The translations under genes were made by a program, and so were the position numbers. Positions 13,613 to 29,220 of a stretch of DNA of 64,000 nt are shown piece by piece (positions within the stretch are counted from its first letter, which is position 1; each line of letters begins with the position of its first letter). The stretch covers positions 22,196,001-22,260,000 of the forward strand of contig OX597823.1 of the NCBI GenBank assembly GCA_951406725.2, written 5' to 3'. Source of the stretch: Octopus vulgaris (taxonomy: Eukaryota). The notes beneath the pieces were generated by a model. It worked only from the letters and a program-made list of their open reading frames with translations, did not search any database and was not told where the DNA came from.

Positions 13613-13919
13613 GTGGGAGATTGGCAAAATCGTCAAAATGTTGGGCAAATACTTCCAACACGGAGATTACTTCCAGCTCTTTACATTCTTAGGGCAAGAT
13701 CAGCCAAGGCCGCCTCTGCCTTTCATCCTCTTTTGCGGTCGAATCGATACCGCGTTGCACAAAATGTTTAGCGGCATTTCTTCCGGTACTCTACATTCTG
13801 AGTTCATGTTTCGCCGAAGCCGACCTCACCAGTAATCTTTTTCGGGGTCGATAAAATAAGTAGCAATTAATCTTGATTACACCCTCCCCCAAAAGTTCAA
13901 GCCTTGTGCCTATAGTAGA

Positions 13920-13920
<1 letters not shown>
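13613..13920 (+). mobile_element. Degenerate or composite SINE family 1
   Basis: Contains ctgagttcatgtttcgccgaag, ttcggggtcgataaaataagta and tail ccttgtgcctatagtagaa, followed by (ATA)n. Confidence 0.65.
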
Positions 13921-13957
<37 letters not shown>

Positions 13958-13959
13958 TG

Positions 13960-14029
<70 letters not shown>

Positions 14030-14032
14030 TAA

Positions 14033-14089
<57 letters not shown>

Positions 14090-14160
14090 TGATGATAATA
14101 ATTATAATAAAAATAATAATAATAATAACAGTAGTAATAATAATATTAATAATAATTATG

Positions 14161-14209
<49 letters not shown>

Positions 14210-14218
14210 TAATAATAA

Positions 14219-14268
<50 letters not shown>

Positions 14269-14355
14269 TCCTTCTTTCAAACTTTCTTCCATTTCTCGCT
14301 ATTTTCCTATTATTATTATAATCATCATCATTATTATAATTATTATTGCAAATAT

Positions 14356-14394
<39 letters not shown>

Positions 14395-14395
14395 C
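13921..14395. repeat. Compound (AAT)n/(ATT)n/(AGT)n microsatellite abutting the exon 3 donor
   Basis: Direct reading. Confidence 0.95.
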
Positions 14396-14413
14396 AAAGG
14401 TGTATATACTCAC

Positions 14414-15093
14414 AGGCCCACGGAGTGTCGATCGTACCTTCTGACATCTGATTATGCGTAGTGCCGCTCGTCTGAAAGTTTTACTTCCGTAGAAGTACAA
14501 GATAGGGTTCAAAGCACTGTTAAAGTGTCCCAGTAAAATGGTATAGGAGAGTATATGAGTGAAGTTTTTGCTTTGATTCAATTGGAAGTCTAAGTACACA
14601 TTGATTATGTGGTAAGGTGACCAACAAAAAAGAAACAAAGCGGCCAAAACGATCAGCATTTTTGCCACACGTCTTCGGCCACTCATTACGTTATTTGAAA
14701 TACCTTTACTGACCGATGAATCTTTTCTCTTCAAATGGGAATCTTCTGTGAGTAATCTCCATCCTATCAACGAATAGGATGTTGTCGTTATGATACCTGG
14801 GAATATATATATTATGAGAAACAGGCATAAGTCATATAGTATCCGCTGTTTTAAACTGGCCCAAATTTCGTGACAAAAGTACAGCGTCTTGTTTGGTATT
14901 GGAAATGATGTGAGTTTTTTAACGTGTAGCATCGGTGACATGATGCAGACAGACGACAGCCAAATGAAGATCGTCAGGCGTACAGCTATCCGAGTAGTAC
15001 ACAATCGTCTGAATATCATCGGGTACTTGATGGCGAGCAGGCGATCCAGACTCAAGATGGAGATGGTGAATATACTGGCTACTACAGCCAGGC
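14414..15093 (-). CDS. GPCR coding exon 3: TM3 to TM7 and helix 8
   Basis: Acceptor ttttcatttcAG|GC. Encodes (G)LAVVASIFTISILSLDRLLAIKYPM...FCHEIW...RRRVAKMLIVLAALFLFCWSPYH...LGHFNSALNPILYFYGSKTFRRAALRIIRC...LRGP. Donor CCT|GTGAGT, phase 0. Confidence 0.96.
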
Positions 15094-15212
15094 CTGAAAT
15101 GAAAAGAAAACATTCGTTATTTAAGAAAAAATATAACAAACTTTCAAAAATAAGGATAAACATTTTACCTCCACCCCACCACATCTATTATTATTATCCC
15201 CTCCGCTTCATT

Positions 15213-15258
<46 letters not shown>

Positions 15259-15477
15259 GTAGTAGTAGTAGTTTTCAGGATGGCAGAATCGGTAGAATGC
15301 AGGATAAAATTGCCTTGTTCTTTTTAACTACTCTCTACATTCTGATATCGTATTCCATCATCTTCGCCTAAAGTTACACACTGTTACTGACATTAAATAA
15401 GTCAGACAATGTCTTGTACTTCTCGTTTCAGTCATTGGACTTTACCCACAATGTGGCACCCATTTATCATTTCTTTT

Positions 15478-15527
<50 letters not shown>

Positions 15528-15530
15528 TTC

Positions 15531-15682
15531 CTTGTCCTGTTTTCCATTTTTTCAATCATTGTTTGCGTATTTAACTCGTTTGTTTTCGTATTTTTTGTTG
15601 TTTACACAGTTGGTGACATCCTGTGCTTATATATGCACGCACACACACACACACACATATATATATGCATATATATATATAC

Positions 15683-15739
<57 letters not shown>

Positions 15740-15782
15740 CTATATCATATTTAATTTATATATATATATATTATCTATATCA

Positions 15783-15845
<63 letters not shown>

Positions 15846-16468
15846 ATTATCTATATCATATTTAATCCAACGCCACGCATCCATTTCCGAGTAAGTTTAT
15901 CGTAACCGGTTTGATGTGACTCTTCTCTATACTTTCTTCCTCCGTCTTTTTCTAATTCCCTTTCTCCCCTCCCTCTTTCCCCGTTTTTTACCTGTTTCTC
16001 TCTCTCTCTCTCCTTCTTCCTCTTTCTCTCCCTCTAGTTGCTCCCACGTGACCAACGTCCATCTTTCTTTTCCTCGTTCTGAGGACTGGACGCTTTCTTT
16101 CTCTCTTTTCTCTTTTCAAAGAAAATATTTATCCCAATTTTCACTATTTTTCTCTGGTTCTAACGACCTTCCAGGTTTTTTTTTTGCGTTCGGCTTCCTT
16201 GTATGTCTCCAATGTCCTGTTTTTGTTCCCAACTTTGACCCTCCATAAATGCTAAATTTTATTTTAGAATTTATGGGAGCAACTGGCTTTCAAGACTCAC
16301 ATTGTCGTTGAATGTTCAAAATGAGTAAATAGACATTCGACAACGATGAAGGGTCGTTCTCTGTGTTTACTTGTCCTGTTTTCAATTTTTTCTCATTGTT
16401 TGCGTATTTAACTCGCTTGGTTTCGTATTTCATGTTGTTTTGACAGTTGCTGATGTCCCGTACCTATA

Positions 16469-16475
<7 letters not shown>
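15531..16475. repeat. About 105-bp direct repeats (15531-15638 and 16370-16475) flanking a repeat remnant, possibly a Penelope-like terminal repeat
   Basis: cttgtcctgttttc..tcattgtttgcgtatttaactcg..ttcgtattt..gttg..acagttg..cc.gt.c.tatat.tgc is present twice. A related fragment lies near 26720-26785. Class assignment is tentative. Confidence 0.55.
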
Positions 16476-16534
<59 letters not shown>

Positions 16535-16660
16535 TGCATGCATATATATATGTGTATGTATATATATATATATTATTCATATTATATTATATTATATTAT
16601 ATTATATTATATTATATTATATTATATTATATATATGTATGTATATATATATAATCATAT

Positions 16661-16696
<36 letters not shown>

Positions 16697-16829
16697 GTTT
16701 ATGTGCGTGTATGTATGCATGTATATGAATACTAGCAGCTAAGCCCGGTTTCACCCGGTCGGTTTGGATGATGTGGCTTTATAGCGTTGGGAGATAAATC
16801 GGATTTCAATTTGAGGCACTGGCACCACT

Positions 16830-18715
16830 TAGCCAGGCCGGATTTGATCGCACTTCGCCAGGAAAGAAAATAAAAAATAAAACGAAGGACGTTCATCTTG
16901 AGTGTTTCGTTGTCTGTAATATCCCCTGTGTTGGCGTCCTTTCTCAACAAAATTAAAGACACCTCGGCTGACAGACCAGAGCCTTATCCCGTTTTGCTGC
17001 CAGTTATGATAGACGTCTGCTAAGAGGTCACACAAACAGGTCAGGCATATAACCATAAAATTCACGGAGCAAACCGTCCAAATCGGGCGATTTGTCCTAT
17101 AACAGCTTCATATCCCGCACTTAATCCATCAGGAGTGTCCTTTCTCATTTCTCTTATACGTTTTAAGGGAATACAAGGCGTTGACAGGAGCTAAGATAAA
17201 TCCGAGCAAGTCGGTAGACCTGCAGCTCGGCATCTAGAGAGGCAATAGTTTACCAACGAACAGCGTAGTTGGTCGATGGACTGACGAACCAGTGAAACTG
17301 CTCGGTGTCTGGTTAGGCCCGAACCTCCAGGTGGACAGCGAGGAGATTATAAATCGGCTGACTAGTTTCACCCTGAAATGTGCAGAAATGAAATTATCCC
17401 TGAAAGGCTGAGTAGCAGTACTAATACACACATCGCCTCTTTAATGACTTATCGCTTGACCCTTGTACCTTGCCTCAGTCCACGTTTGGCCGGACTGAAG
17501 TGTTAACTTATCCGCTTCCTGTGACAGCGTTCCACTGACAAGGCTCTCCATCTATTGCCAGGGCTCTTTAGATGGTGGGCTTGATGTGCTATGGTTGCAG
17601 TTGCACAGACACACTGAGGCAACGCCACTCCACTTACAGATTTTCTTTCTCGGTGAACCGGTGTGGTTTGTAAGACATGCTTTTCTGTTCTTGATCTCTT
17701 TGACCAAGATTAAATGACCGGCATCTGGAATGTCTTGTGCACTCACTGCTCTCTACCATCCGGGTATTACGGTCGTTGGAAAAATCTACGGTAGCAATAA
17801 TTGGAAATCTAGTGGTGGGTAAGAACGATAACGTTTTCAAGGAAATTCTAGGCGTCGACGAGGATGAACTAGCTGCTCTATTTTGGAGGACTTTCGGGCC
17901 CGGTACTTTCATCGGTAACTTCAAGAAATCTCTACTCTGGCAGTGCTGCTGAAGAGTACTGCCATTTCGAGATAAACTCTACAGGCACGGAAGTGCTGTT
18001 AAGCGAGACAGTCCGAGATGCTTGTAGAGCGACGAAACCGTTCTGCATGCACTCATGCAGTGTCGGAGTATTACTGACCTGTGGAGTAATGTCGAACGGC
18101 TGTGATCACGTGTGGAACAAATCTGACGAATGGCCGAATCCATTGTGAGGATCGCCCCCTCGGCCACCTTTAATAAGGCAGGACAGGCAGTGATCTTTCG
18201 TCTAGTGATGATTGCGAAAGACCTTATGTGGTAGACGAAGCTGAAAGGATTGAGGAAAGACATAAACCTCTTCGGCGAAGCTGACATTGACTTTTTAAAG
18301 TTCCACTTGGAAAGGAAAGTGAAGGCGAAAATTCCAAAACTACAAAAGTTATGAGGGGTTATATGGTCTGAATTGGTGAAAAGATGGGTGACTGTTGGGG
18401 GAAAATGTTCAGAGTGAGTGGCCCTACACAAAGTATGTGCCTGTAGATTGGAGAGCAGGTGAGACAGGGCTCATACTTTTGGTGGTCAAGATAATTCAGG
18501 ATCTGTGGGATTCCTTGATTGGCTCTAGTTGGAGTTTCTCCTGTATCAAGAGGGCTGCATCATTCATGTTATCACATACTCTGTATGCTACGTATACTTT
18601 TATCGCACTTGCATTTCCATTTTCTCTCCCCATTTTCTATGTAAATACTTGCACAAATTGTTTTCTGCCTTTGTGATGTCCTACGCATTTATGACTTTGT
18701 GGCTAATAAATGAAA
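16830..18715 (+). mobile_element. Decayed L1/Tx1-like LINE (RT to C-terminal zinc finger and 3' UTR)
   Basis: Residual translations: CPFSFLLY (CPLSPLLY-like), WTDEPVKLLGVWLGPNLQV, KLSLKG, LWQCC*RVLPFRDKLYRHG...PRCL*SDETVLHALMQC (zf-RVT-like) and FLKFHLERKVK. Ends ttgtggctAATAAA. Confidence 0.8.
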
Positions 18716-18748
18716 TTATCATCATTATCATCATCACCATCCTCATCC

Positions 18749-18803
<55 letters not shown>

Positions 18804-19102
18804 TTCTTCGTAACATAGTATAGGTAAAAATGCACAGCAAGGACCTCAGACATATAAAACTTTCCGTAACATGTGCCCTGTGTCCAATAAGGCTGCTTTT
18901 TGCAAGACATCAATCTTGCATGGGATTTCGAGTTGCCTTAAGAAATTTGGGAGTTTTAATTGTTACTTATATTTCGTTTTTATCCTGCTTTTGTACACGG
19001 ACTTTTTCAAACGGACAAAACCCTTTGTAACTTTCGTCCTGTGTTTTGTCCCTTTATCTTTTAATTGATTTTTGTTAGCCTTTGTGGCCAATAAACGAAC
19101 GA

Positions 19103-19143
<41 letters not shown>

Positions 19144-19459
19144 CATCATCATCATCATCACATCATTATATAAAAAAGATTTAGAGCTATTGCTTGACTA
19201 TTCATCATGTGATGATATTCATATAAACTACTTTCTCTTTTCCGTTTGATGTCATTGTCAAGATGGATATAATATATCGGTTACTGTTCAGACATCATAA
19301 CGTTCGTTATCCTAATGACAATATCCGTTATGTTTGTTCTTACTTTTGTTTATACATACTTTAAGTTATATTCTATAAAAGCGTAGCATATTCAATATCT
19401 TGGATACTGGAATGATATACAATTAAGCTTGTTTGCACGTATTAACTATATGAAGAGCA

Positions 19460-19598
<139 letters not shown>

Positions 19599-19629
19599 CA
19601 TATACATATATATATACATATATATATAA

Positions 19630-19679
<50 letters not shown>

Positions 19680-19727
19680 TTATATTTATATATATATATA
19701 CATATATATACATAAATACATATATAT

Positions 19728-19790
<63 letters not shown>

Positions 19791-19804
19791 CATATATATA
19801 TACA

Positions 19805-19852
<48 letters not shown>

Positions 19853-19854
<2 letters not shown>

Positions 19855-20063
19855 ACGGACACGGACAGAGTCAAAGCTATTGAAAAGGTTGCAAGCCGCA
19901 ACGAAAATTTTAGGACAATAAAAATAAGAAAAAAGTGGAAATTTTACCGGTGAGTGTGTTACATAATGAGGCACAAAAAGAAAATTACTTTCCCCAGACA
20001 TAACAGAATATGCTTCAACACACGAACTCATATAAAGAATCTTGCAAACCAAATCCTAAAACG

Positions 20064-20066
<3 letters not shown>
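19853..20066. repeat. Dispersed repeat of about 210 bp, second copy at 39321-39525
   Basis: acggacagagtcaa..gaaaaggttgcaag..ttaccggtgag..ggcacaaaaa..ccccagaca..gcttcaacacacgaactca..taaagaatcttgcaaaccaaatcc is shared by both copies. Confidence 0.85.
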
Positions 20067-20124
<58 letters not shown>

Positions 20125-20205
20125 GACCTAAAGAAACACTCATTATCGCTATGGGCTCCGTGTGGGCAGTCATCTAAGAGTTTTTGTTCATCTTGATGCG
20201 GACAT

Positions 20206-20310
20206 AAGTTCCTTGTTTTTCCTGATGAGAAGGCGGTATAATGCACCCCTTATTCCTTCGAAATTAGGAATATGCAGCCTTCGAAACATATGTCGAGAAT
20301 AAAGGAATTT
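20206..20310 (+). ncRNA. Type I hammerhead ribozyme (predicted self-cleavage after C20294, GUC)
   Basis: Core CUGAUGA at 20222-20228 and GAAA at 20283-20286. Stem II 20229-20240 with 20271-20282 (11 of 12 pairs). Stem III is the palindrome ACAUAUGU (20286-20293), followed by C. Stem I 20206-20221 with 20295-20310 (14 of 16 pairs). Confidence 0.85.
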
Positions 20311-20385
20311 TGTTAAATCGTCGTTCAACTCCATTCTTTCATTTATTCGTATAAAAAAAATACATATATATATATATATGCATAC

Positions 20386-20423
<38 letters not shown>

Positions 20424-20439
20424 GCATACATATATATAT

Positions 20440-20509
<70 letters not shown>

Positions 20510-21159
20510 CTATATATATAAATATATATATATATATATACATACATATATATATATATATACATATATATACATATATGTACATATATATATATAACTC
20601 TTGACATACTTGTACTCTAGATGGCGGTAGGCATTGGTATTCTTATCGGTTTGCTGTTGATGATGTTGGGTATTTTTTTTTCTATAGATTTATTTTTAAT
20701 TACTGCTTTCATTGATCAAGCAAACTGCTTTGTTTTGATTGTCTTTTTATTGTACTAAGATTTCTGATCTATGTGCAACGCATTGTGCTGCTATTTTCTT
20801 TATGTATTTTATACGAGTAACCATCCGAGTATTAGATGGTTCCAATAATAATTCCATTGAATTATTCCCTATCATTTTCAAAGCTTCTATTATTCTAGCT
20901 ATAATTTCTGTTTAGAATCCATATTTTGGTTGTCTTTATTTCCAGATTAGAGAACAGCAGTTCCACGGGAGCTTATGCTCTTGGTGATTAGGACGATTCT
21001 GGATCTGGGGTATTATTTGATTTTCCTTCGGTTAGAGGTTCCCCTTCTTAGGAGAACTGCATGACACACGTGTTTACATATTTTGCAGACTATGTATACT
21101 TATTATCGCATTTCCAACTTCTCCCCTTTTCTTCACGTCAAGAATGATAAATGAATTTT

Positions 21160-21470
21160 TTAAGGATGACGAACGAGACACTCGTGTTTCTAATGGTGAA
21201 TTATTCAAACCCCAAAGAATTCTTCTCATCACATGACTATGAATCTCCCCAACTACTCCTGCTTATGGTCAAAGATGCTCATATTGTCAGACAGTAAAGG
21301 GCATGCTCTCCTGGTTATGATCAAGCAACTAACAAACAATTCTATAGTATTGAGCAGAATATTTGCTGTTGCCTCTCTTTTACACAAAAACAAAACATGC
21401 ATATGTTAACACTTCCAGTCAGTTAAGACAAGAAGCCATGAGAGCCTCTGCCTGGTACGGCGTCAGGGCA
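21160..21470. repeat. Dispersed repeat family, also at 35245-35757 and (inverted) 61436-61557, associated with (TAA)n
   Basis: aaggatg..gaacga.acac.c.tgtttc..ggtgaa.tattcaaa.cccaaagaat..ccccaactact.ctgct..gtattgagcagaatatttgctgt..aacacttcca is shared with the 35.2-35.8 kb copy. Confidence 0.75.
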
Positions 21471-21479
21471 TTATTATCA

Positions 21480-22335
<856 letters not shown>

Positions 22336-23166
22336 TATTATCTTTAATTTACATGTAGTTTGACAAATGCATCAATAGTTTGCGCTTCTGTTCTTAAAAT
22401 AAGAATTAAGTATATCTTAACAAATGTATCCGATGTTCAAGTTTAACAAAGAAGTTAAAGCTTAATAAATGCTGCGTAAAAATGCCTCAATGTGCCCTTA
22501 TCTTCATATGTAATCAGCCAATATGTTTAAACAATTTGTTGTTAATCATTCTAGCTTTCTAATTACATTCCGTTAGCATGAAAATGTTTTTAATTCAACA
22601 AGTTGATCGATAAGTCTCTAAACTTCTCAACTGTTTTCTGTACAATGTCATTCTCGCTTGGCATTGCTATCTGGATAATTAGTTTATGATTGTCATTTTA
22701 ATTATGGAAAATTAAATGGAAGTCTATTACGAACTAAATGGTGCCTTGTCAGTATCCTGAAATTCCAAACGTTTTCAGACTTATTTTCTAAGTCAGGTAC
22801 AGGCTTACACGAGAACCACACAGGTTTTTCCACACATACTAACAGTTTGGAGGTCAGGTGAATAATTTTGCACGCGTTTGTTTTTATATCTCACAGTATA
22901 TTTTATCAGATCAGGAAATAATCAGTCGTGTAATGTTTCAGAAAATTACAGCGTGCTAGTGACACAGATAATCTGTATTGTGGGAAAACTAGACTTCTAT
23001 TTCAATATATTTATAGAACGATGGTTTACACCTGTTTCTCAGGTGTTGTTGCTTCTTGTTGCTCCATGCAAGTGTGCGTGCGTGCGTATGTATGTGTGCT
23101 CCATGCAAGTTGGATTTTCCATCCATGCCACAGATAGCATTTATAAACCACGCACACGACTGTGCA

Positions 23167-23261
<95 letters not shown>

Positions 23262-23262
23262 T

Positions 23263-23814
<552 letters not shown>

Positions 23815-23832
23815 TATTTATATATTTATATA

Positions 23833-23870
<38 letters not shown>

Positions 23871-24039
23871 GGGAACTGGAAAAATCAGAACTTCACAGTG
23901 ACCAGTGATTCGTCAATGTGTGTGTATGTATGTATGTGTGTACAAGTGTATGTATGTACGCACGCATGTATGTATATGTGCGTGTGTGTGATTGTCTGTT
24001 TACACGACATAGACTTTTGGTCATGAAAAGAATGAGTTT

Positions 24040-24950
24040 GTACGAATATGGTTTTTTATTTACGAATGGTCACTTCGCAATGAATTGGAATGGTAAAAAA
24101 CCCCCAGAAAAATGCTTAAGAGAGATAAATTAGTTTGGTTAAATTAGTTTTTATTCACTGGTCAACTGGAGTAATTTATGAATACTAATTCTAAAAGAGT
24201 GAACTCTAACTTCACAAAACATTCGTCTTGATTTTCACATTGAAAACTAACATTAAACAGTAGACATTCTAGATGTTACTATGAATTTAAAAAATCCCAA
24301 CCCACACCAGTGAAAACGCCAATGAAACCCTCCACACCGCATTCAGTCATAATCAGAATCTTCATGAGAAAGGATCTTAGAACAAGTATACAACAAAGCT
24401 TCATTCAGAAGCGCGCATACTTAAAATGGCGTCTCAAGTTTCAGCGGTTTCGACAGCAGATAGAACAAATAACAGATACCAGCCTAAAAACTGGAAAAGA
24501 AAAAAAGTATTTAGTACAGCATGCTTTTCAACCTACAAGTAATCACACCCATCGCCAAATATTTCTTTAATTTAGTCAGAAAACACTTCCACTTTCACAA
24601 AACACTCCGTGTAACTTACTCATAGTTCACCAACTCCGCAACCCCAAACTTCCCACAAGGCTTCTCCAAAGACAATCGTAAATATACTTGACACACCCCA
24701 TACGAACACTAGCTAGTTATTGCAGCTCATAAATGTAGGAAACTACCCACTCAGCAGCAATTGTCTCTCATTTTACACAAAGACACTAAAATAGTATTTA
24801 TTGAAGGAATTTAAAATCTGCCTCGCTCGTACCTGCACTCACTGAGAATACAACCGATATCATTACAAATATCAAACAATAGACTAGCTAGTCACATTTG
24901 GAATTTAAAAGATTGTATACCATACTATATAGCTCTTAACACATTAAATA
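24040..24950 (+). mobile_element. Penelope-like element relic (RT C-terminus and linker)
   Basis: Residual TVDILDVTMNLK (FLDV motif), YSMLFNLQVITPIAKYFFNLVRKHF (WFNPPFS...LVxKHF-like) and an NxPLSSNCL remnant. Many lesions. Confidence 0.6.
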
Positions 24951-25039
24951 ACTCTAATTTCTACAACCGAAATTTTAAATACCGCAGTCCAAATCCTACA
25001 ATGAAGACACAAGCACTCTTTTCTCCTGCAAGCTATACA

Positions 25040-25275
25040 GGCGGCGAATCGGCAGAATGATTAGAGCATCGGATGGAATGTCTCGCTGTATTTGTTCCAC
25101 ACTCTGCACTATAAGCTTAAATCCCGCTGCAGCTAAATTCGGCTTTCAGTCCTTTCGGAGGTCGATTCAAATTTACTAACTCAGGGTGGGGAATTGGCGG
25201 ATATGTATGACATCGGGCCAAATGCCTTCTGGTATTTGTATTTGCTCTTTGCATTATGAGTTCAAATACCGCCAT
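25040..25275 (+). mobile_element. Two decayed SINE family 1 heads
   Basis: ggcggcgaatcggcagaatgattag and a second head with gagttcaaataccgcc (B box). Confidence 0.6.
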
Positions 25276-25600
25276 GACGTTTCTGGGTGAAAGACTTAAA
25301 TCGTCGACTGGTTCAAAACTACTGACGTTCTATTCAGCCCTTCATATTGTAGTCCACTATTCACGAGGCTGGTGAGGATAGTGTCCTAAGACACGCTCTC
25401 CAGGGAGTCCCGTCAGGAACAACTGTCATCAAATGTTCCAACAGAATCCCAAGCAAGAGCAACCAAGGATATGAATAGTATCTACACCCACGCTGCTTGT
25501 TGTCTACTCTTAGACAATAATTTTATTGACCCCCGATTCAACAAAGATAATACTATAAATAGGCACACACACATGCGCACAGAGACACACACGCACACAT

Positions 25601-25684
<84 letters not shown>

Positions 25685-26643
25685 GTATGTATAAGGTTAA
25701 GAGGCTTTACACGAGTAAAATTTTATTAAAGAAACAAGAGAATGCTCTGAGAACATTATCATGGAAAAAAATCAGAAAATATTAAAACTTTTATCCAAAT
25801 AAGCTGCCGATTTCAATCACTTTAAGAGAGCGATTTAGCAATGCTGAAAATATATTGAAATAAATTAAATCAAATTAATCTTTCATAATATAAGTTTTGG
25901 AAGTTCACATGTTTTTTCATTCAGAAAATCAGAGTGGGTTTTTCGTTTCCTTCTGACTGTTGCTGAGTAGCCTCGTTGCAGTAGTGTTGGTGGGAGCGGC
26001 CCACCTTTTCCCTACTACAAATATTTAAAGGTGTTTGGATATTGATTATGAAAGTTATCTCATTGTTGCTGCCTTGTTGCCTAAGTATGTAATCTCTCAG
26101 TTGGTATAAAAGAAAATTTGTAATCTTTCTTCTTTTTCTTACCGGCACGCGCATCTATATGTTCATTGATGCTTATTTATCTGTATGCTCGTATTTTCAT
26201 TTGCATTGTTGTAAGGAACCTCTCTGTCTATCAAATGTTATCTTCATTTCTCGAGCATATTCTTGCATCGATTAAGCGTTCAGATATACAGCTGAAGTTA
26301 TGCATTATTATCAAGTGTTGCCTTTGTGTGAAATTTTGAAACGATTCTCTGATCCTATCAGATTAAAATAGATATCACAGCTGGCATATGCATATATACA
26401 TGCATATGGCATACACACATACATATATACATGCATGCATACATTCATACTTACATACACACAAACATATATATATGTACATACATGCATATATGTATAT
26501 ATATAATTATATATATATATACGTAATTATACATAGACACATATATATAAATATATATATACATATATATATGCATACATATATATGTATATATACATAT
26601 ATATACATATATACTTATATGTATACATATATATACATATATA

Positions 26644-26691
<48 letters not shown>

Positions 26692-26778
26692 TACTTATAT
26701 GTATATACATATATATTCATGTTGTCTTTCGTATTTCGGATTTCATGTTTACGTTTTGTGTGATCCTGTACCTATATA

Positions 26779-26830
<52 letters not shown>

Positions 26831-27829
26831 ATACATACACGCACACTTTCACACACATACACTAACAGAAACTTACAATCGATATCCCACTACTTTCAAG
26901 TTTTGTACTTAAGATATCATATAAGTGTAAGGAGTTACTTTTGTTTGGAATTCGGCATCATGATCTTTTGAATCGATATGGTCTTGCTCTCGTGGGCAGT
27001 CTATATTGTTTAGGGAAAACATTTTAATAATTGATGTAGCAGTTTGCTAGTTGCATAGTGGTTTATACCAGGTTATGTTTCTATTGTAACGTCTTTGTAG
27101 GTATCAAAGTCTATTCCCATATTTATTGATATATGAAGTGACCACAAAACTCACTTTTCTTTAATCTTCATTTTTAGTAGTGCGGTTATTGCTGAAATTA
27201 TTCACATTTCCCGAGATTCTAGGGATTCTAAGGGAAATATCTTAAATTAGGTTTTTCTTGAGATTCTTAAGACACTTTGATTATTTGCTACATTAGTGTA
27301 ATGATTCGTTTAGTTTTCTATATATGTAATTGAGGTCGTTATCTAAGTTAAGACCTTATCGATTGAAACGATCTTTATTCCATATGCACAAGTATAGTGT
27401 AGTGCTTAATCCCTACAAATAACCAAATATATTATAGCTCAATATATGAGTTATTGAAACATCTGTTGGAATGAATGTTTCGAAATATCACTGATACTGA
27501 TCTTACAAATATGTATATATGTATGTACCAGAAAGCCTTTAGTTGTGATTCAGGATTATAAAAGAATAGAAGCACACTGCTTCTATTGATTCGATAAAGG
27601 GAGCACGGGTCTCTTGACAGACCTTTTCACGATTTGTTGATCGCTACTCAGACGGGACATATGGAAATTGTATGTTATAAAGTTAGGAAGGATATTGTGT
27701 CGTCTACTCTGAAAGACAATTAATATATTGTGGAACAGTCCGATAGGAGACTCCTCCTCTTTTCCGCACACCAAACAATAAAAGGAATGTGTTTACGAAG
27801 TAATATAGTTCTTTATCACAGCTAACAGC

Positions 27830-28510
27830 TTATATGTAAATGCAATGTGTGTATACGCGTGTATGTGTTAGCAGTAATATGTATACTGTGTATGGTGAGG
27901 TGTAAGTTATGTGTGTAAGTGTGTGGAAGATAAATAGAGTGAGAAGGAGAGGTAAAGCCGAGGATAGAAGAAAAAGATTGGTGAGAGAGAAGGAAGTTTG
28001 AAGCTGTTATAAGGAGGTGAGAGGAGTTAAGTTCAAACAGCACATGTGTTCACAATATGATGCACCCTTGGTCCTTGCGAAGTCTGGTTGAGCTAGATCC
28101 ATGGTGTAAGGCCAGGCCGAATACTATGATGTGTGGGGGAAGTAGCTAGTCGAGCAAAAGTGGCGGGCAACAGGAGTATTTATCTGGAGACAGAAATGTT
28201 CAGTACATTTAACGGCTAGACAACGACCAGACTGAACAACATTATAATGATACCCCAAAGGGTACATTTAAGACAATAAATGATGTTAGATGAGATGCAC
28301 GAGAAAGAGTCACGGATGTGAACAGTGCGTGTGTTTCAGTGAGGGAGAAGATGTTGTTGGTGAACGGATAGGTGTGGCACCGGAATCTGAAGCAAGGGAA
28401 AGATCCAGGATAGGTGGGAGTGAGGGAAGGGGAGGGAACTACGGACCTGTTGGCTGCGTAGATTTTAGGCGTGTTTGAAGGAAGGCGGTAACCAAGATGG
28501 GAGGCCCAAT
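27830..28510 (-). mobile_element. Penelope-like element relic, GIY-YIG endonuclease region
   Basis: Minus-strand residual translation PGSFPCFRFRCHTYPF...HIRDSFSCISSNIIYCLKCTLWG...QSGRCLAVKCTEH...TPVARHF matches the PLE zinc linker plus GIY-YIG layout. Confidence 0.8.
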
Positions 28511-29140
28511 GTACATTATAAATTCATATACATACAAATACACATACACACACACAGATTCATGTTACATTAAAAACACGACTATGTTTTGGTTTTGTAA
28601 TTTTTATTAAAAAATTTTCATATTACCTGACAAGATTTTGCAGTTTGGTACAATAATGCTCTTAAATCCACAATGAAGATTTATATACTCTATCAGTTTT
28701 ATCATCACGATATAAATTATTCATCTTCAGTATTACTTTTTTTATAGTGGTCAAATTTATGTAACCTTTACCTCCAAAATTTTTAACGTTAGGCTTCTAC
28801 ATCAGAATTCATGTATTAATTTCGTGTAATAGAAGTAGGTCACTGTACATATTTGCCGTTCAGTCACTTTGCTTCTGGCTTCTGACGTACATTTTTCGTC
28901 TTTTACTATTGCATTGTGCAATTTTATATTTGTATCTATGGCAACATCTTTTTTTAAATTCATATTTTATCAAATATATTTTTCGTCTTTAAAGTCGGTA
29001 AAATTAATTGTCAATCAATTACTGCTGCCGATATAATCAACTATTCCTTCTCCTATATTCCAGGTCTTGTATCCCTGTTACAAGTCATCATCATCTTCAT
29101 TATGCTCATCCTTTTCATCAATCTCATTATCATTTTTATG

Positions 29141-29204
<64 letters not shown>

Positions 29205-29220
29205 TAATAATAATAATAAT

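Noticed and set aside
15094-15184. N-terminal extension of ORF 14264..15184 as a single-exon GPCR
   Set aside because: It lacks TM1-TM2. A canonical acceptor at 15095-15094 joins it in phase to exon 2.
17979-18431. 150-aa minus-strand ORF
   Set aside because: Antisense to the decayed Tx1-like LINE; no independent protein signal.
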